Assembly (NCBI GenBank): GCA_038087875.1
Contig: CM075978.1
Location: 78,616,001-78,680,000, forward strand
DNA: 64,000 nucleotides
Direction: 5' to 3'
Source: Malacoraja senta
Lineage: Eukaryota
Both the position numbers and the translations under genes were made by a program. Positions 52,039-64,000 of the stretch are shown piece by piece. Position 1 is the first letter of the stretch. Each line of letters opens with the position of its first letter. The notes beneath the pieces were generated by a model, which was not told the DNA's origin, made no database searches, and worked only from the letters and a program-made list of their open reading frames with translations.

Positions 52039-53730
52039 ATGGAAAAAGGGCGTAGGGGAAGGAGAGGCCAGGGACGCACCGCAGGTAAAACCCCAGATTC
52101 TAAGGGTAGCGGGCGTCAGTCAGAGGAGTCAGTGGCATCGAAGCCATTAACTCCCGTTGCGGTCGAATGTGCCGTTAAACCGCCGGCGGCGGGGCGCAAG
52201 GCAGGACAAAAGTCGGCCCGACCTGTAGACTCGGATGAGTCAGACCCGGAGGTATACCCTCCTGAAGCAGAAAATGTTATGGCTGCAAGGGTCGCTAGCT
52301 TAGAGCTCCTGATGGGTAAAATGATTTACAAAGAACCCCCACAGGAGGATTTAGGTCGGTGTTGGCCAATGGAGGATATAGCACAGGATGTGCCTTGGAT
52401 GGGACAGGCACAAGGGTGGCCTACAGGAGAGCCATCAGAAATGACTGTGCAAAGCTATTACAGTGGTTGGCCTACAGGAGAGCCAGTGCCAGAAATGCCA
52501 GCAAAAAGGCAATATATGTGCTGGCCTACTGGAGAGCCAGTACCAGAAATGTCTGAACAAAGACAGTACAAACGTACAAATGTGCCAGCACCGACAATTT
52601 CAAAAGAAAAAATTATGAAGCGTTGGCCTAGAGTTGAGCCAGCGCCAGCAGCACCTGGGACAGGGCTGTCTATCCGTGGGCCTATAAGAGAGCTTGCACA
52701 GGGGGAATCTGGCATAGACTTACCTGAAACAGGGGAGCCAGAAGTTACCCAACCTGAAGAGGAACATCTAGATTCAGAGGATGATTTCTATGAGGATGAG
52801 AGCCCATTATCAGAGTTGAAAGTTCCAGGACTAGCACAAAAGTTTGCTGTTCCCAGAATAAAAGGGGAACCTTTGAGAGAGGAAATAGCAATGACTATAA
52901 ATTATCTGCTCTCTCATCAGCTCCAGGAAGTAACTATGGATGAGACTATTAAACAGTATGAGCCCCCGGCGAATTGTGACTTGCTAACAGTTCCAGCAGT
53001 GAATAACTTGATATGGGGTTATTTGAGCATTGGTTTACGCTCACAAGAATTGAAATTACAACGAGTGCTGAAATTGCTGGGGTCAGGCATTACGCCGTTT
53101 GCCAGGGGATTGGATGATGATTTCATATCAGATTCACAACAAGATGCCTTAGCACTCATGTGTAGTGCGCACTTTGAAATAAATTGTATTCGTAAAAATG
53201 CAACAAGACCAAATATTCATCCTAAGTATGCAGGGCTCTGCAAACCATCCAACATTCAAATGCCTAATCTGCTGTTTGGAGAAAATCTAGCAAAGAAACT
53301 AAAGGACTTGAATGAAGAGTCAAAGACCATGAGTGGTATGATGATGAAACCACCGATGCTGAGCAGAGCGGTGCGAAGGCAGTATCCCTACAGGCGGAAT
53401 GCTGGTGCTGGAGAAGGAACAAGCCGATCATTCTCGTATACACGTTGGCGTGCTGCACCGGGGATACGTGGAGGTTCCAATATGCCTACCAGAAGGGGAC
53501 AACACTTGCCAGTGGCAAACCCCGAGGTAGGGGGTCCTGGTCTGGTAAGAAATACAACAAATGTTTCACATTCACAAATAGGGGGAAGTTTACGATTCTT
53601 CCTAAAAGAATGGCAGTTAATAACAAATGATTCATTTATTCTAAGTAGCATTGTAGGATTCAAAATTGAGTTCTATCCACACTTGGATCCTCCAATTCAG
53701 CAAAATTCAAGCTGGTCACGGATTTTCTGA
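52039..53730 (+). CDS. DIRS ORF1 (Gag-like, 563 aa) running into the RT N-terminus
   Basis: PANCDLLTVPAVN..IW and LLFGENL DIRS-gag-like motifs; C-terminal IGGSLRFFLKEWQLITND...GFKIEF resembles the start of DIRS RT. Confidence 0.8.
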   Translation: MEKGRRGRRGQGRTAGKTPDSKGSGRQSEESVASKPLTPVAVECAVKPPAAGRKAGQKSARPVDSDESDPEVYPPEAENVMAARVASLELLMGKMIYKEPPQEDLGRCWPMEDIAQDVPWMGQAQGWPTGEPSEMTVQSYYSGWPTGEPVPEMPAKRQYMCWPTGEPVPEMSEQRQYKRTNVPAPTISKEKIMKRWPRVEPAPAAPGTGLSIRGPIRELAQGESGIDLPETGEPEVTQPEEEHLDSEDDFYEDESPLSELKVPGLAQKFAVPRIKGEPLREEIAMTINYLLSHQLQEVTMDETIKQYEPPANCDLLTVPAVNNLIWGYLSIGLRSQELKLQRVLKLLGSGITPFARGLDDDFISDSQQDALALMCSAHFEINCIRKNATRPNIHPKYAGLCKPSNIQMPNLLFGENLAKKLKDLNEESKTMSGMMMKPPMLSRAVRRQYPYRRNAGAGEGTSRSFSYTRWRAAPGIRGGSNMPTRRGQHLPVANPEVGGPGLVRNTTNVSHSQIGGSLRFFLKEWQLITNDSFILSSIVGFKIEFYPHLDPPIQQNSSWSRIF

Positions 53731-55430
53731 AAGGAAGAGAATGTTGATCAAAGGAGAATTAGAAACTTTAAGAAAAAAGGGGGTAATAGAGAAGTCAGTA
53801 GAACAACACCATCAGTTTGTATCAAATATTTTTCCTAGAACAAAAAAGGATGGTGGATGTACAATTATTTTGGATCTGACAAACCTTAACCTTTATGTAC
53901 AATATAAACATTTCAAAATGGAAACATTTACTAATGCCATTCAGCTGATCACAAAAAATTGCTATATGGCAAGCATAGATCTGCAAGATGCATATTATTC
54001 TGATCAAAGATATTTGAAATTTAGATGGATGTCAGTTATGGCAATTTAAAGCATTGCCCAATGGCCTGACTTCAGCACCAAGATTATTCACTAAATTACT
54101 CAAACCAATTTTAGCTCTGCTAAGAGCTGAGGGCCATGTACTAATGGCCTATTTAGACGATATTCTGATTGTAGGGGACACTTTGGCTACTGCAAAATTG
54201 TCAGTATCTAGAGTCAAGTACATTTTTGAGAAAATGGGTTTCATTATTCACCTACAAAAATCTAAATTGTTACCAAGCAAGAAGATTGATTACCTAGGTT
54301 TCACAATTAACTCTGAACACATGGTAATCACCTTGCCAAAAGAGAAAAGGCTGCAGTTAATTGAAGGTTGCATCAAACTCATAAACGAGGACACACCTTC
54401 AATTAGAGAAGTGGCAAGCTTGCTGGGCAAATTAATTGCTGGGTTTCCAGCTGTCAGGTTTGGACCATTGCATTATCAATGTTTGCAGAGGGCTAAGGTA
54501 CAAGCATTAAAAATGAATTCAGGGCGTTTTGACAGGCCCATGAAATTGACAATTGGATCCATTACAGAAATAGAATGTTGGATTAACAATGTCTCTAATG
54601 CTTCCAGAAAAGTTCTGGTAGAAACACCTTTCGTCATTCTACAGACTGATGTAAGTGCTCTTGGATGGGGCGCAACTAACATGATTTCCAGCTGTGGAGG
54701 TAGGTGGAATGTGAATGAAGTACCTTTGCTGGAAAATCAGGGGATCAATTACCTAGAGCTGTTAGGAGCATTTTATGGCCTTAAAGCTTATTGCACTAAT
54801 ATGGGAAATGTGCATGTTCAGGTACAGGTTGACAATACTACAGTTGTAGCATACATAAATCACATGCATGGTATCAAATCAGAATCATGTGATAGATTGG
54901 CAAATGAAATTTGGACCTGGTCTATTGCCAGGAAAATTTGGCTGCCAGCAATATATTTACCAGGAAAATTTAACATAATTGCAGACAAAAGATCACGTAA
55001 ATTTAATAATACAGAATGGATGTTAAATCAGGAAATATTTACACAAATTGTAACACAATTTGGAATGCCAGAGATTGATTTGTTTGCATCAAGACTAAAC
55101 CACCAATTGCCTAAGTATGTGTCATGGGAACCTGATCCTGGTGCAGTAGTGGTGGATGCTTTCTCGCTACATTGGGATGGTATGTTTCTGTATGCATTTC
55201 CACCATTTTGTTTAATCAATAGATGCATACAGAAAATTAAACAACACTCAGCCTCAGGGATTTTGGTAGTACCAGATTGGCCTACACAGCTATGGTACCC
55301 ACTGGTGTTAAAAATGATCAAAAAAACCCTTATGATTATTCCAAAGCAGATAAAACTGCTTGTACACCCTGTAACTGATGAACCACATCCTTTACATGAT
55401 CGTATTGGTTTGTTGATTTGCAGATTCTAA
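53666..55430 (+). pseudogene. DIRS pol: RT, RNase H and Dam-like adenine methyltransferase, frameshifted near 53725 and 54040
   Basis: IDLQDAY, PNGLTSAPRLFTK, YLDD; RNase H TDVS/INYLEL/VDNTT/ADKRSR; MTase IDLFAS...DAF...YAFPPF...PDWPTQLWYP. Confidence 0.92.
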
Positions 55431-56400
55431 GAAGGCCATATCTTGGAAAAGGATTAACAGATCGTACGGTGGATGTTATGACAGCAGCCTGGAGGAATAG
55501 TACCCAGAAACAGTACATTTCCTATATAAAGAAATGGGAGGTGTTTTGTTCAGGAAAGAATATTGCATATAACACAGCAGAAATTTAAGATGTAATAGAG
55601 TTTCTTTCAACTCTTTACTAGGAATTAAAAGTAAGTTATAGTGCAATCAATACTACACGAAGTGCACTCTCTGCATATTTAAGCAGTGAATCAGAACAAA
55701 ATCCAATAGGATCACATCCTTGGGTCTGTAGGTTCATGAAAGGAATTTTCAACTCCAATCCTCCTAGACCTAGGTATACAGAAATCTGGAATGTAAAAGA
55801 TTACTGCTGCTGCTGAAGGATTAGAATCCTATTGAAACTCTGTCATTAGCCAAAATCACCATGAAATTGGTTATGCTCATGGCATTAGTTTCAGCTCAGA
55901 GAGTTCAAACATTACAGAAACTAAGAATTGACAGAATGAAAGTAGGGGCGAATGCCGTTACATTCTATGTCTATGATTTACTGAAGCAAAGTAGACCTGG
56001 GTTCACGGGATGTAAGTTGGAGTTTTCAGCATATCCTACAGATCCACGGCTATGTGTAGTAACATATGTAAAATGTTACATAGAAACAACATGAATCTTA
56101 AGAGGCACAGAATTGGCATTTTTTATTAGTCATAAAAACCCTCATAAGAAAGTGTCAACACAGACAATTTCAAGATGGTTGAAACAGGTGTTGATTTATT
56201 CAGGTATTGATACTGATAAATTTAAATCTCATTCCACCAGGGCCGCATCAACATCGGCGGCCAGGGATTCAGACGTGCCAATAGACCTTATCGTCGCGGC
56301 CGCAGGATGGGCAAGTGAACAGATGTTTCACAAGTTTACCATAAGGAGATTAAAGATCTCGGGGTGTTTGGTGATGCCGTGCTGGATTCAGTATTAAATC
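55421..56400 (+). pseudogene. DIRS tyrosine recombinase with several stops and frameshifts
   Basis: WRNSTQKQY, YSAINTTRSALS, SAQRVQTL (Arg), KQSRPG, HSTR, AGW; a 1-nt loss at the expected catalytic FY (TTTACC, ~56335). Confidence 0.9.
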
Positions 56401-56576
56401 CCCCATTATAATAAATGGGCCTAATTTTGTTACTTTTGTTAAAATAAATAAAACCATTAACTGATTACATTTAATGTTGTGGTTATGCATTGTTGATTGT
56501 GCTTACTCAATAGAGTCAATCAGTGCAGTGAGCACCTGGATATTAATCCACGGTGTGAAATCACAGAGCTTTGAAA

Positions 56577-56689
56577 TCTTCACGTAGTCACTCACGTGAC
56601 TCCAAAGTAAAATAGTAAGATTAAACGAGGACTTACCAGTTTGAAGTTTGATCTTTATTTTATGAGGAGGAATGTTGAGGGATTACGTG
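56577..56689. repeat. DIRS internal complementary region (ICR)
   Basis: 56577-56612 is the reverse complement of 51805-51840 (3 mismatches); 56613-56689 is the reverse complement of 56832-56908 (4 mismatches). Confidence 0.95.
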
Positions 56690-57266
56690 CCCTCCACTCC
56701 CACCCTCATAAAAGGATCGAGCTGGTAGTTCTGTCTTTATGCATCTTACTATCATACCAGTAATTATCGTCTGTGATTTTCACTCCGCTGCTTTGAAGAT
56801 TGACGCGTGTGCGGCTGGACGGGGTCTTCTTCACGTAATCCCTCAACGTTACTCCTCATAAAATAAAGATCAAACTTCAAACTGGTAAGTTCTCATTTAA
56901 TCTTACTATCAAACACAACATGCATGGTCAGATGCAGTCCACCTTGGATTGTTTAATCCATAAAGGATTAACAGTGTTACCAAGCAGCATATTCAAACCA
57001 ATAGCTGTTTGAATGTATTTGGCCACCTGTTTCCATATATTATTAGTTCTAGGACCAAATATGGTTTAAAAAAAGTTACACTAAATGTTAGAGGTGAGCC
57101 AAGAGTGACTGCTTGATATTGGGGCTGCATTTAATGCTCCATTAAAATTGAAGTAAATGGGAATTGAGGGAGAACATTCTTCACTCACTGAAGCCATTTC
57201 TTGCAGTGTTGATTTTTTAATTTCAGTATTTAATGAATTTTAAAAGAATGATTTATATAAATTCTC

Positions 57267-57585
57267 TAGTTTAGTTTAGTTTAGTTTAGAGATACAGCGC
57301 GGAAACAGGCACTTCGGCCCACCGAGTCCGCGCCGACCAGCGATCCCCACACACTAACACTATCCTACACACAGTAAGGACAATTTTACAATTATACCAA
57401 ACCAATTAACCTACAAACCTGTATGTCTTTGGAGCGTGGGAGGAAACCGGAGCACGCGGAGAAAACCCACGCGGTCAGGTGGAGAACTTACAAACTCCAT
57501 ACAGACAAGCACCCGTAGTCAGGATCGAACCCAGGTCTCTGTCGCTGTAAGGCAACAACTCTACCGTTGCGCCACCGTGCCGCCC
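57267..57585 (-). mobile_element. Young full-length HE1/V-SINE
   Basis: (TTTAG)n tail on the plus strand, CpGs retained, tRNA-like head. Confidence 0.92.
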
Positions 57586-57702
57586 AGAAGGTTATATTCT
57601 TGATATGACTTTAATCAACATATACGCGATATAATAACGTTCTGATAATCCAACAACTGGTTAATTGCAAATCTGATTAATTTAATTAATTAATTCAGAA
57701 TA

Positions 57703-57960
57703 TTTAGTTTTAGTTTAGTTTGGAGATACAGCGTGCAAACAAGACCAAGTCCACACCACCAACAATCACCCAGTACACTAGTTATATCCAACATTCTAGG
57801 GACAATTTACAGATGCCAATAATTTACAAACCGGAGTATCCAGAAAAAACCCATGTGGTCACAGGGAGAACGTGCAACCTCTGTGTAGACAGCACCCGTA
57901 ATCAGGACCAAACCCAGGTCTCTGCTGCTGTAAGGCAGCACCTCTACCACTGTGCCGCCC
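57703..57960 (-). mobile_element. Older, internally deleted HE1/V-SINE
   Basis: Same head and tail as the neighbouring copy. Confidence 0.85.
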
Positions 57961-60259
57961 AAATGTGAACCAGGGTTCTGGAGTTCAGCCAGATCTGGGG
58001 TTTGGACTGTTGGCTGGTGATGGGGATGAAGTATAAAAAAAAACAGAGTCACACACAAGAGTAAGTTTCTCAGTTTCTGGAGCCTGATTCCAGATTGCTG
58101 ATGCATCCATCCTTTTGCCACTGACTGGAAAAATCTGGGCTACTAGCTTATTGTATTATGAAAGCATGTCTCATAATACAAGTCACAGCACATGTTAGGA
58201 AGTCATTGAATTCAGTAAGTTTAGTTGAGCCTAAATTCAATCTTGGGCATTAGAGCAAGTTTGGATACTGCTGAGGTTTAGAGAGAAAAACAAAATATTT
58301 TGGGGAAGGTGGAAGCATAAAGCACCGTATGCTCTCTGAGGGACAAAAATAGTCAAGTTGGTGCTGAGAAAATTTACAATCACCCATGACAAAGAGGGAA
58401 TTCAATTGAGACCTGCCACAGGAGATCCTCAATTTAAGGGATTTAGTCCTAAATAAACACTAGGTCTTAGTTTAAACAAAAAATACCAATTTGGAAATAA
58501 TTGTTGTTTGGGAAATTTAAAATGTCCCTGAATGATTAAAAAGGATCAAAAGTCAACTGATGAATAAGCACGTCTTTTCAATGTCATTTATTAAACATCA
58601 ACTGCTGTCCCGCTCAGATGAAAATTCTGGGTGGTGTCACCTTGTGGTGTGGGCATCGAATAGTAATGTAACATTGACAAAGAGATTGAGTACTGAAATA
58701 CAATATAATAGATGACCACTCCCACTGAATTTCCAGCAGTGTTTTCTTTATTCCTGGATACAGTTCTCCCACAATTATGTTAAAGTGACAAATGATCTAA
58801 ACTTGAATCAACTATAGCAAGACTATTTGTTGTTGAATGACTTCAATGGAATGGAAAATTGGGCATAGTGTGTAATGAACGACCAATTGAATATTGGTTG
58901 TTTTATATCCCACTAACAATGCATTTCTACCTTGCATATGCCACTCGAGGAGCTGGTCAACAATGTAAGGGCTTACATATTTTTACTGATTGAAAGTATC
59001 TTGATTTTTCCATCAAAACATAAGCATCCTCTCCCCAGTGATATGCTGAAAAGTTCATAAACTGTGGAAGATTATACTATAAAACTCACTCATGTTCTGG
59101 ACTTAGAATACAAGTACTGCTGCCTTAAAGTAGCTGGATTCCCGATTATACTACAACCATCCTCAGCATAACCAGGTGGGGTGATGCTCACTGATGAGCA
59201 ACTTGTCATATAGTATTTGGCAGAAAAATGTCATGCAATACATTTCCTCAAGAGTCCATTCATCTGTGTATGTTTTTAGATGAAACAAAATCTGCTCCAC
59301 AACCAATGGTTTGTCAAATTCAACAAAGAAATTCAATCCAAAATGATCAGCCAAATTGAAAGGTCTTATTCAGCAAATTTTTGATCACCTTTAGAGACAA
59401 TGATCAACTGAAAGGTCAAGAATTGGAAATGAACAGCACAGAAATGGCCCCTTAGGCCCCAAATGCTAATCCCATTTGTCCACATTACGTCTGAATCACT
59501 CTATGCCTTGTTGTCCAGGTACATGCTCAAATGCCTTTTAAATGTTGCAATTGTATTTGCCTCCACCACCTCCTCTGGCAGCTCATCCCAGAAAGTCACC
59601 TCCCTCTATATGGAAACATTTACCTCTCAGATCTCCAGGTAGATAAAACCCTGGAGTCAATGAAAAATAGAATCACTGCGGATAAATCAGGAGAGGCCTT
59701 AATTCCATATACAAAACATGCTGAATTATTATCGCATTAAATTTCTTTGGAAATTAAAAAAAAGTCATATTTACTCTCTTAACAACAGTGTTTTGTCACA
59801 AATCCTGCATAGTATCAACACATATTTAATGAGATGTGGAGTCCCATCAAGCAGTTTCATCAGAGAAAACAAGGTGAATTTGAGCAGCTGTGAGATATTA
59901 AATTTTCAAAAAATGTTATCCCAATGCATAGAGGATGTGGCAACTGTGATTTACAATTACAATTACAATACAATACCGTTTATTGTCATTTGAACCTCAA
60001 ATGAAGTTCAAATGAAATTTACCTTTTAGGAACAGATTCTAAAAACAATCTAAAAGGATTCTAAAACTTGCCTAAATGATACTGAAGCTAGGCAGAGAGT
60101 ACATTTAAGCAAGCAAATTGCATAAAAGAGACTAAACCTTTGCAATTTAACCTCATAGGTAGAATCTACGTAGGGCTCAATATTTCAGAAGGTATCATGA
60201 CCAAACTCTATAATGTCAAGGAATATTATTGATCTGACATGGCATCGTAGATGGTTATA

Positions 60260-60339
60260 GTAGACATTTCGTTGTCTCTGTACTGTACACTGCACAATGA
60301 CAATAAAGTTGAATCTGAATCTGAATCTGAATCTGAATC
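60260..60339 (+). repeat. LINE/SINE 3' tail with (GAATCT)n
   Basis: ACAATGACAATAAAG followed by five GAATCT units. Confidence 0.7.
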
Positions 60340-60806
60340 TTATAGGGCATTATTGAACTTTGCTATCTGCACAGGACAAGCAACATACTTTGTAAATTGG
60401 TCTTCACCGACATGATATGCTGCAACTTCATGTGTTGGTGCCTTTTCATGTGGGCTAAACACCCAAGACAGATATCATAATGGTTAATATTTTGTTTTGA
60501 TCAGAAAAGGCAGACTCAAATTCCTGGTACTCATAGTAACTACCCCAAACATTCATTTAGCATTTTAAAAATGGAGCGAAGAATGAAAATATTGATGATT
60601 GTAGCCATATGGATCTTTTATCCAAAGGAGAGCTCAAATACTATCTTAAAAATGTAACTTTTTGAAACAAGAGATTTTAAACAAACATCTTAAAGTGAAC
60701 ATGGAGTTTTACCACATGGATCAAAAATTGTTCTGCTTTTTAAAAAAATGACTTTTTAAAATCATTGATCGGGACCAACATTCTGATGCTATGATTGCAA
60801 AATGTA

Positions 60807-61622
60807 CAGTAAATCCTTGATTTAATGGACCCCTTTATAACTGGATTTTGGTTATAGCGGACAGACCTGCCGACGCCATCCTGCCTCCCCAGCCCAGGCT
60901 TCAGACACCATTCCCGGCTCTCAAGGTGTACCAGCAAACCCTTCACCCACCGCATGGTACATTTGATGCGGCTGTTGTTGCGGCTCACATTGCAGCCCCA
61001 TGGGGACAGCGCGTTCTTCAGGCCGCCGCCGCCAGGACACGCTCGGTCACCGATGAGCTCCCTCCCCTCTTACCTGCTACTGCTTCTTCCTGTCGGCCTG
61101 TCGCTTTGTCCACTCGGCCTCTCCCCTCTTCCACCGTTGCCTCCCCCTCTTCCTTCTCTCCAGGAGTCGCGGACATACTCCACCTTGGAAGATGTCGGCG
61201 ACTACGAGGGAGGAGGAAGAGGTGGTGGGTGAGAAGGGAGGAAGCCCCAAGGTGACCAAGCGCACCATGTCGGTAGCTACAGCCTGAGTGCTGTCCCCAA
61301 GAGGATAAAACGCAGGCCGCAATAACAACCACGTCAACTGGTGATGAAAGGTTCACTGGTGCAGACCAGTGGCATTGGCACCTAGTTTTAAGGAGAAATG
61401 ACACAAATGCTCAGCAAACTGATCCATCTGATCACCTAACCATGTTCGCCAGAGATGCACTTGACCCACTGAGTTACTCCAGCATGTAGTATCCTTTTGT
61501 GTATTAACAATCATATGCAGTTCTTTGTTTCAATTACATGCAATGATATTACCTTATTCTGTTATAGCAGACAATCAGCAATAATAAACAACATTCCCCC
61601 CCCCAAGAACAAAGGTTTACTG
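60807..61622. mobile_element. Tigger/pogo-like MITE with a nested PLE-module fragment
   Basis: TA|CAGTAAATCCT ... AGGTTTACTG|TA termini; subterminal GTTATAGC(G/A)GACA motifs at both ends. Confidence 0.7.
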
Positions 61623-61820
61623 TATCAAAGAAAGCAGATTATGTTTTTTTGTCTGCCCTACAGAAATGAACCATTGAGGATGTAATAACCTCGGTCGAAT
61701 GTACACTACGACATATCTTAGTCCAGATCCCAAGAGTCAAGAGTGTTTAATGGTCATGTGCACTGGGATTGGAACAATGAAATTCTTACGTGTTTAAAAG
61801 TGAGCATCCAACATGGATAC

Positions 61821-61992
61821 ACAAGAGACAGCAGATGCTGGGATTCTGAGTATAAAATCAAAGTGCTGGAGGTACTCAACGGGTCATGCAGCATCTGTGG
61901 AGGAAAATGGACACACTCAAGTCTGAAGGTAGAATGTCGTCTGTCCATTTCCCTCTACAGATGCTGCCTGACCCACTGAGTTCCTCCATTGC
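61821..61992. mobile_element. Fold-back PLE-derived hairpin with a degraded hammerhead in its loop
   Basis: GCAGCATCTGTGGAGGAAAATGGACA pairs with TGTCCATTTCCCTCTACAGATGCTGC around AGTCTGAAG...GTC. Confidence 0.75.
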
Positions 61993-62798
61993 TGTTTTAT
62001 TAACATCCAACTTGAACAACTGTGCGGAGGCTCGTGATTTCCAAGTGAAGATTGAAGTCTGAACCATTGTGAGGTTGATCACTACTCGTGGGACAACTGT
62101 ACTCTGCCATTGGATTATTTGTGGAATTTTGTGACAGAATGCCAAGTATCACATATTTCTGGACACTTGGGCTACAAAATCTACCTGCAGAACCAGTGCT
62201 CGATCAGAGTTGGTGAAAGTGCAGCAATGCCTTCAATGAGAAAAAAATTTATTGGGAACAAATACCAACTAATTTTCTCATTTGAACATCAGATACATAT
62301 ATCTAGACATATATTTTGGCATATTTTACATCTTATAACCTTGAGGGAGGCTCTCCTCACAGTAATTCTGGGGGAAAGGCATGTCACTTTTGTCAAAAAA
62401 GAACCTGAACTACTCCGGGCCTCGCCTTACATCTGGGACCCAGATTGAGCGGAAAACTGTAAACTGAGTCTTCTTCCAGTTAATAGTGGGTTTTGAGGAC
62501 AGGCAATCACAGAGCTTACCCAATTATGGAAAATTGTGCTAATATAATTCTTCAATAAACATGTCAGCAGATAAACACTGCAAGATAGGAATCACTATGG
62601 GATTATGGGAATCACTTTACTCTGAAAGTGACATGTTTTGTTCTGAAAGTGAAATGTTTTGTAATTACTATGAACTGGAAAATATATTTGGCTTCATACA
62701 TTTAACAGTTATTGAAAGTCATTATTCCACTTCTTAGAAAAAATATACACTTTTACATTCCAAAATGAAATAAAGTAATAACATGGTATCGGCAATTA

Positions 62799-63152
<354 letters not shown>

Positions 63153-63510
63153 TTATCTTTACCTAGTTGGTACATCATTCTTAAACATTTTATTTAAATA
63201 TCTTAGTGACGTTTATTGAAGATGTCTATCTTGTGCTACCAATTGCTTTCATCCAGTTAATCTTTGAAGCATGAAAACTTTTTAAAATGCACTTCAAATT
63301 CTTAAATTCCAAAATCGATATTTATAACATAAATCTCAAATTTGAACAGAATTCCTATTTTAAACTTCCTAACAATGATGGTGCTTTTGCAGTTTAGGAC
63401 CCTTCCACCAGTCTTCACGCCGAATTATCAATCTTGTACTCAAGTTTTTGAAAAACCATAGACTATGTTGGTTTTGGAACATTTAAATATACTATTAGAA
63501 CCAGGAAAAA

Positions 63511-63650
63511 TTCTGATGAAAGGTCACTGATCTGAAATATTCATTGTTTCTCTCTCTCTCTCTCCATGATGCCTGTCCTGTTGAGCATTCCAGAATTTTA
63601 ATATTTTTTTCATTGCAGATTTCTAGCAATAACATGCTTTTGCTCTTTGA
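63511..63650 (+). mobile_element. Old PLE-derived module with a CTGATGA...GAAA core
   Basis: CTGATGA-AAGGTCACTGATCT-GAAA-TATT followed by a decayed tail of the same family. Confidence 0.55.
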
Positions 63651-63809
63651 TTAAATAATATTATTTTCCTAGATGAGCAGAATCAAATTATGCCTCTGTT
63701 CCTTTTACTGCTTTGAATAGAAATCAGAATGGTCATTTTAAGTAGGTTTTCACTTTGAAGCTTAAATATATTTAATTATTAAATATATATCTAATATATT
63801 TTTATTTAC

Positions 63810-64000
63810 CCAAATGCTGCCTGGATCAGTAGGTTTCAGCTATGGGGAGAGTTTGGATAGACATGGATTGTTTTCTCTGGTATGTCGGATGTTGAGGGGT
63901 GACTTGATAGAAGTATATAACTTCTATGACTTCTTGATAGGCTCAGACAGTCAGGACCTTTTCCCCCAGAATGGAAATGTCCAACACAAGCGTGCATAAC
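63810..64000 (+). mobile_element. CR1 3' fragment, cut by the window end
   Basis: SYGESLDRHGLFSL..RMLRGDLIEVY. Confidence 0.85.

Larger units (their letters stand above)
51804..56909 (+). mobile_element. DIRS1-like tyrosine-recombinase retrotransposon, structurally complete, with disrupted ORFs
   Basis: Gag, RT/RNase H/MTase and YR in order; perfect 37-nt ITRs (51831-51867 and 56801-56837); ICR complementary to both termini; no TSD. Confidence 0.97.

Overview
Vertebrate nuclear DNA, most likely a cartilaginous fish (skate or ray; inferred from the HE1/V-SINE, CR1, Penelope and Rex repeat families). The whole window lies inside EML6 on the minus strand. I traced 12 internal coding exons (63078 down to 2365), all with GT-AG boundaries and consistent phases, totalling 1792 nt (1 nt plus 597 codons) of WD40/TAPE sequence. 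The introns are packed with mobile DNA: a structurally complete but mutated DIRS-type tyrosine-recombinase retrotransposon (gag, RT/RNase H, Dam-like methyltransferase, YR, ITRs, ICR; 51804-56909); a 2.9-kb fold-back/Mutator-like element with ~1.1-kb arms carrying constant/variable repeat arrays (12729-15630); a non-coding LTR element with tandem tRNA-Trp primer sites (17700-19895); a Tc1 IR/DR transposon; CR1 and Rex/Babar LINEs; Penelope-like elements; SINEs; and MITEs. At least ten short Penelope-derived modules carry a minimal hammerhead-ribozyme core in various states of decay. One has an intact core on the EML6 sense strand and several related modules are folded back into hairpins. There are no prokaryotic features and no true CRISPR array. 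All family assignments come from motif recognition by eye, not database searches.
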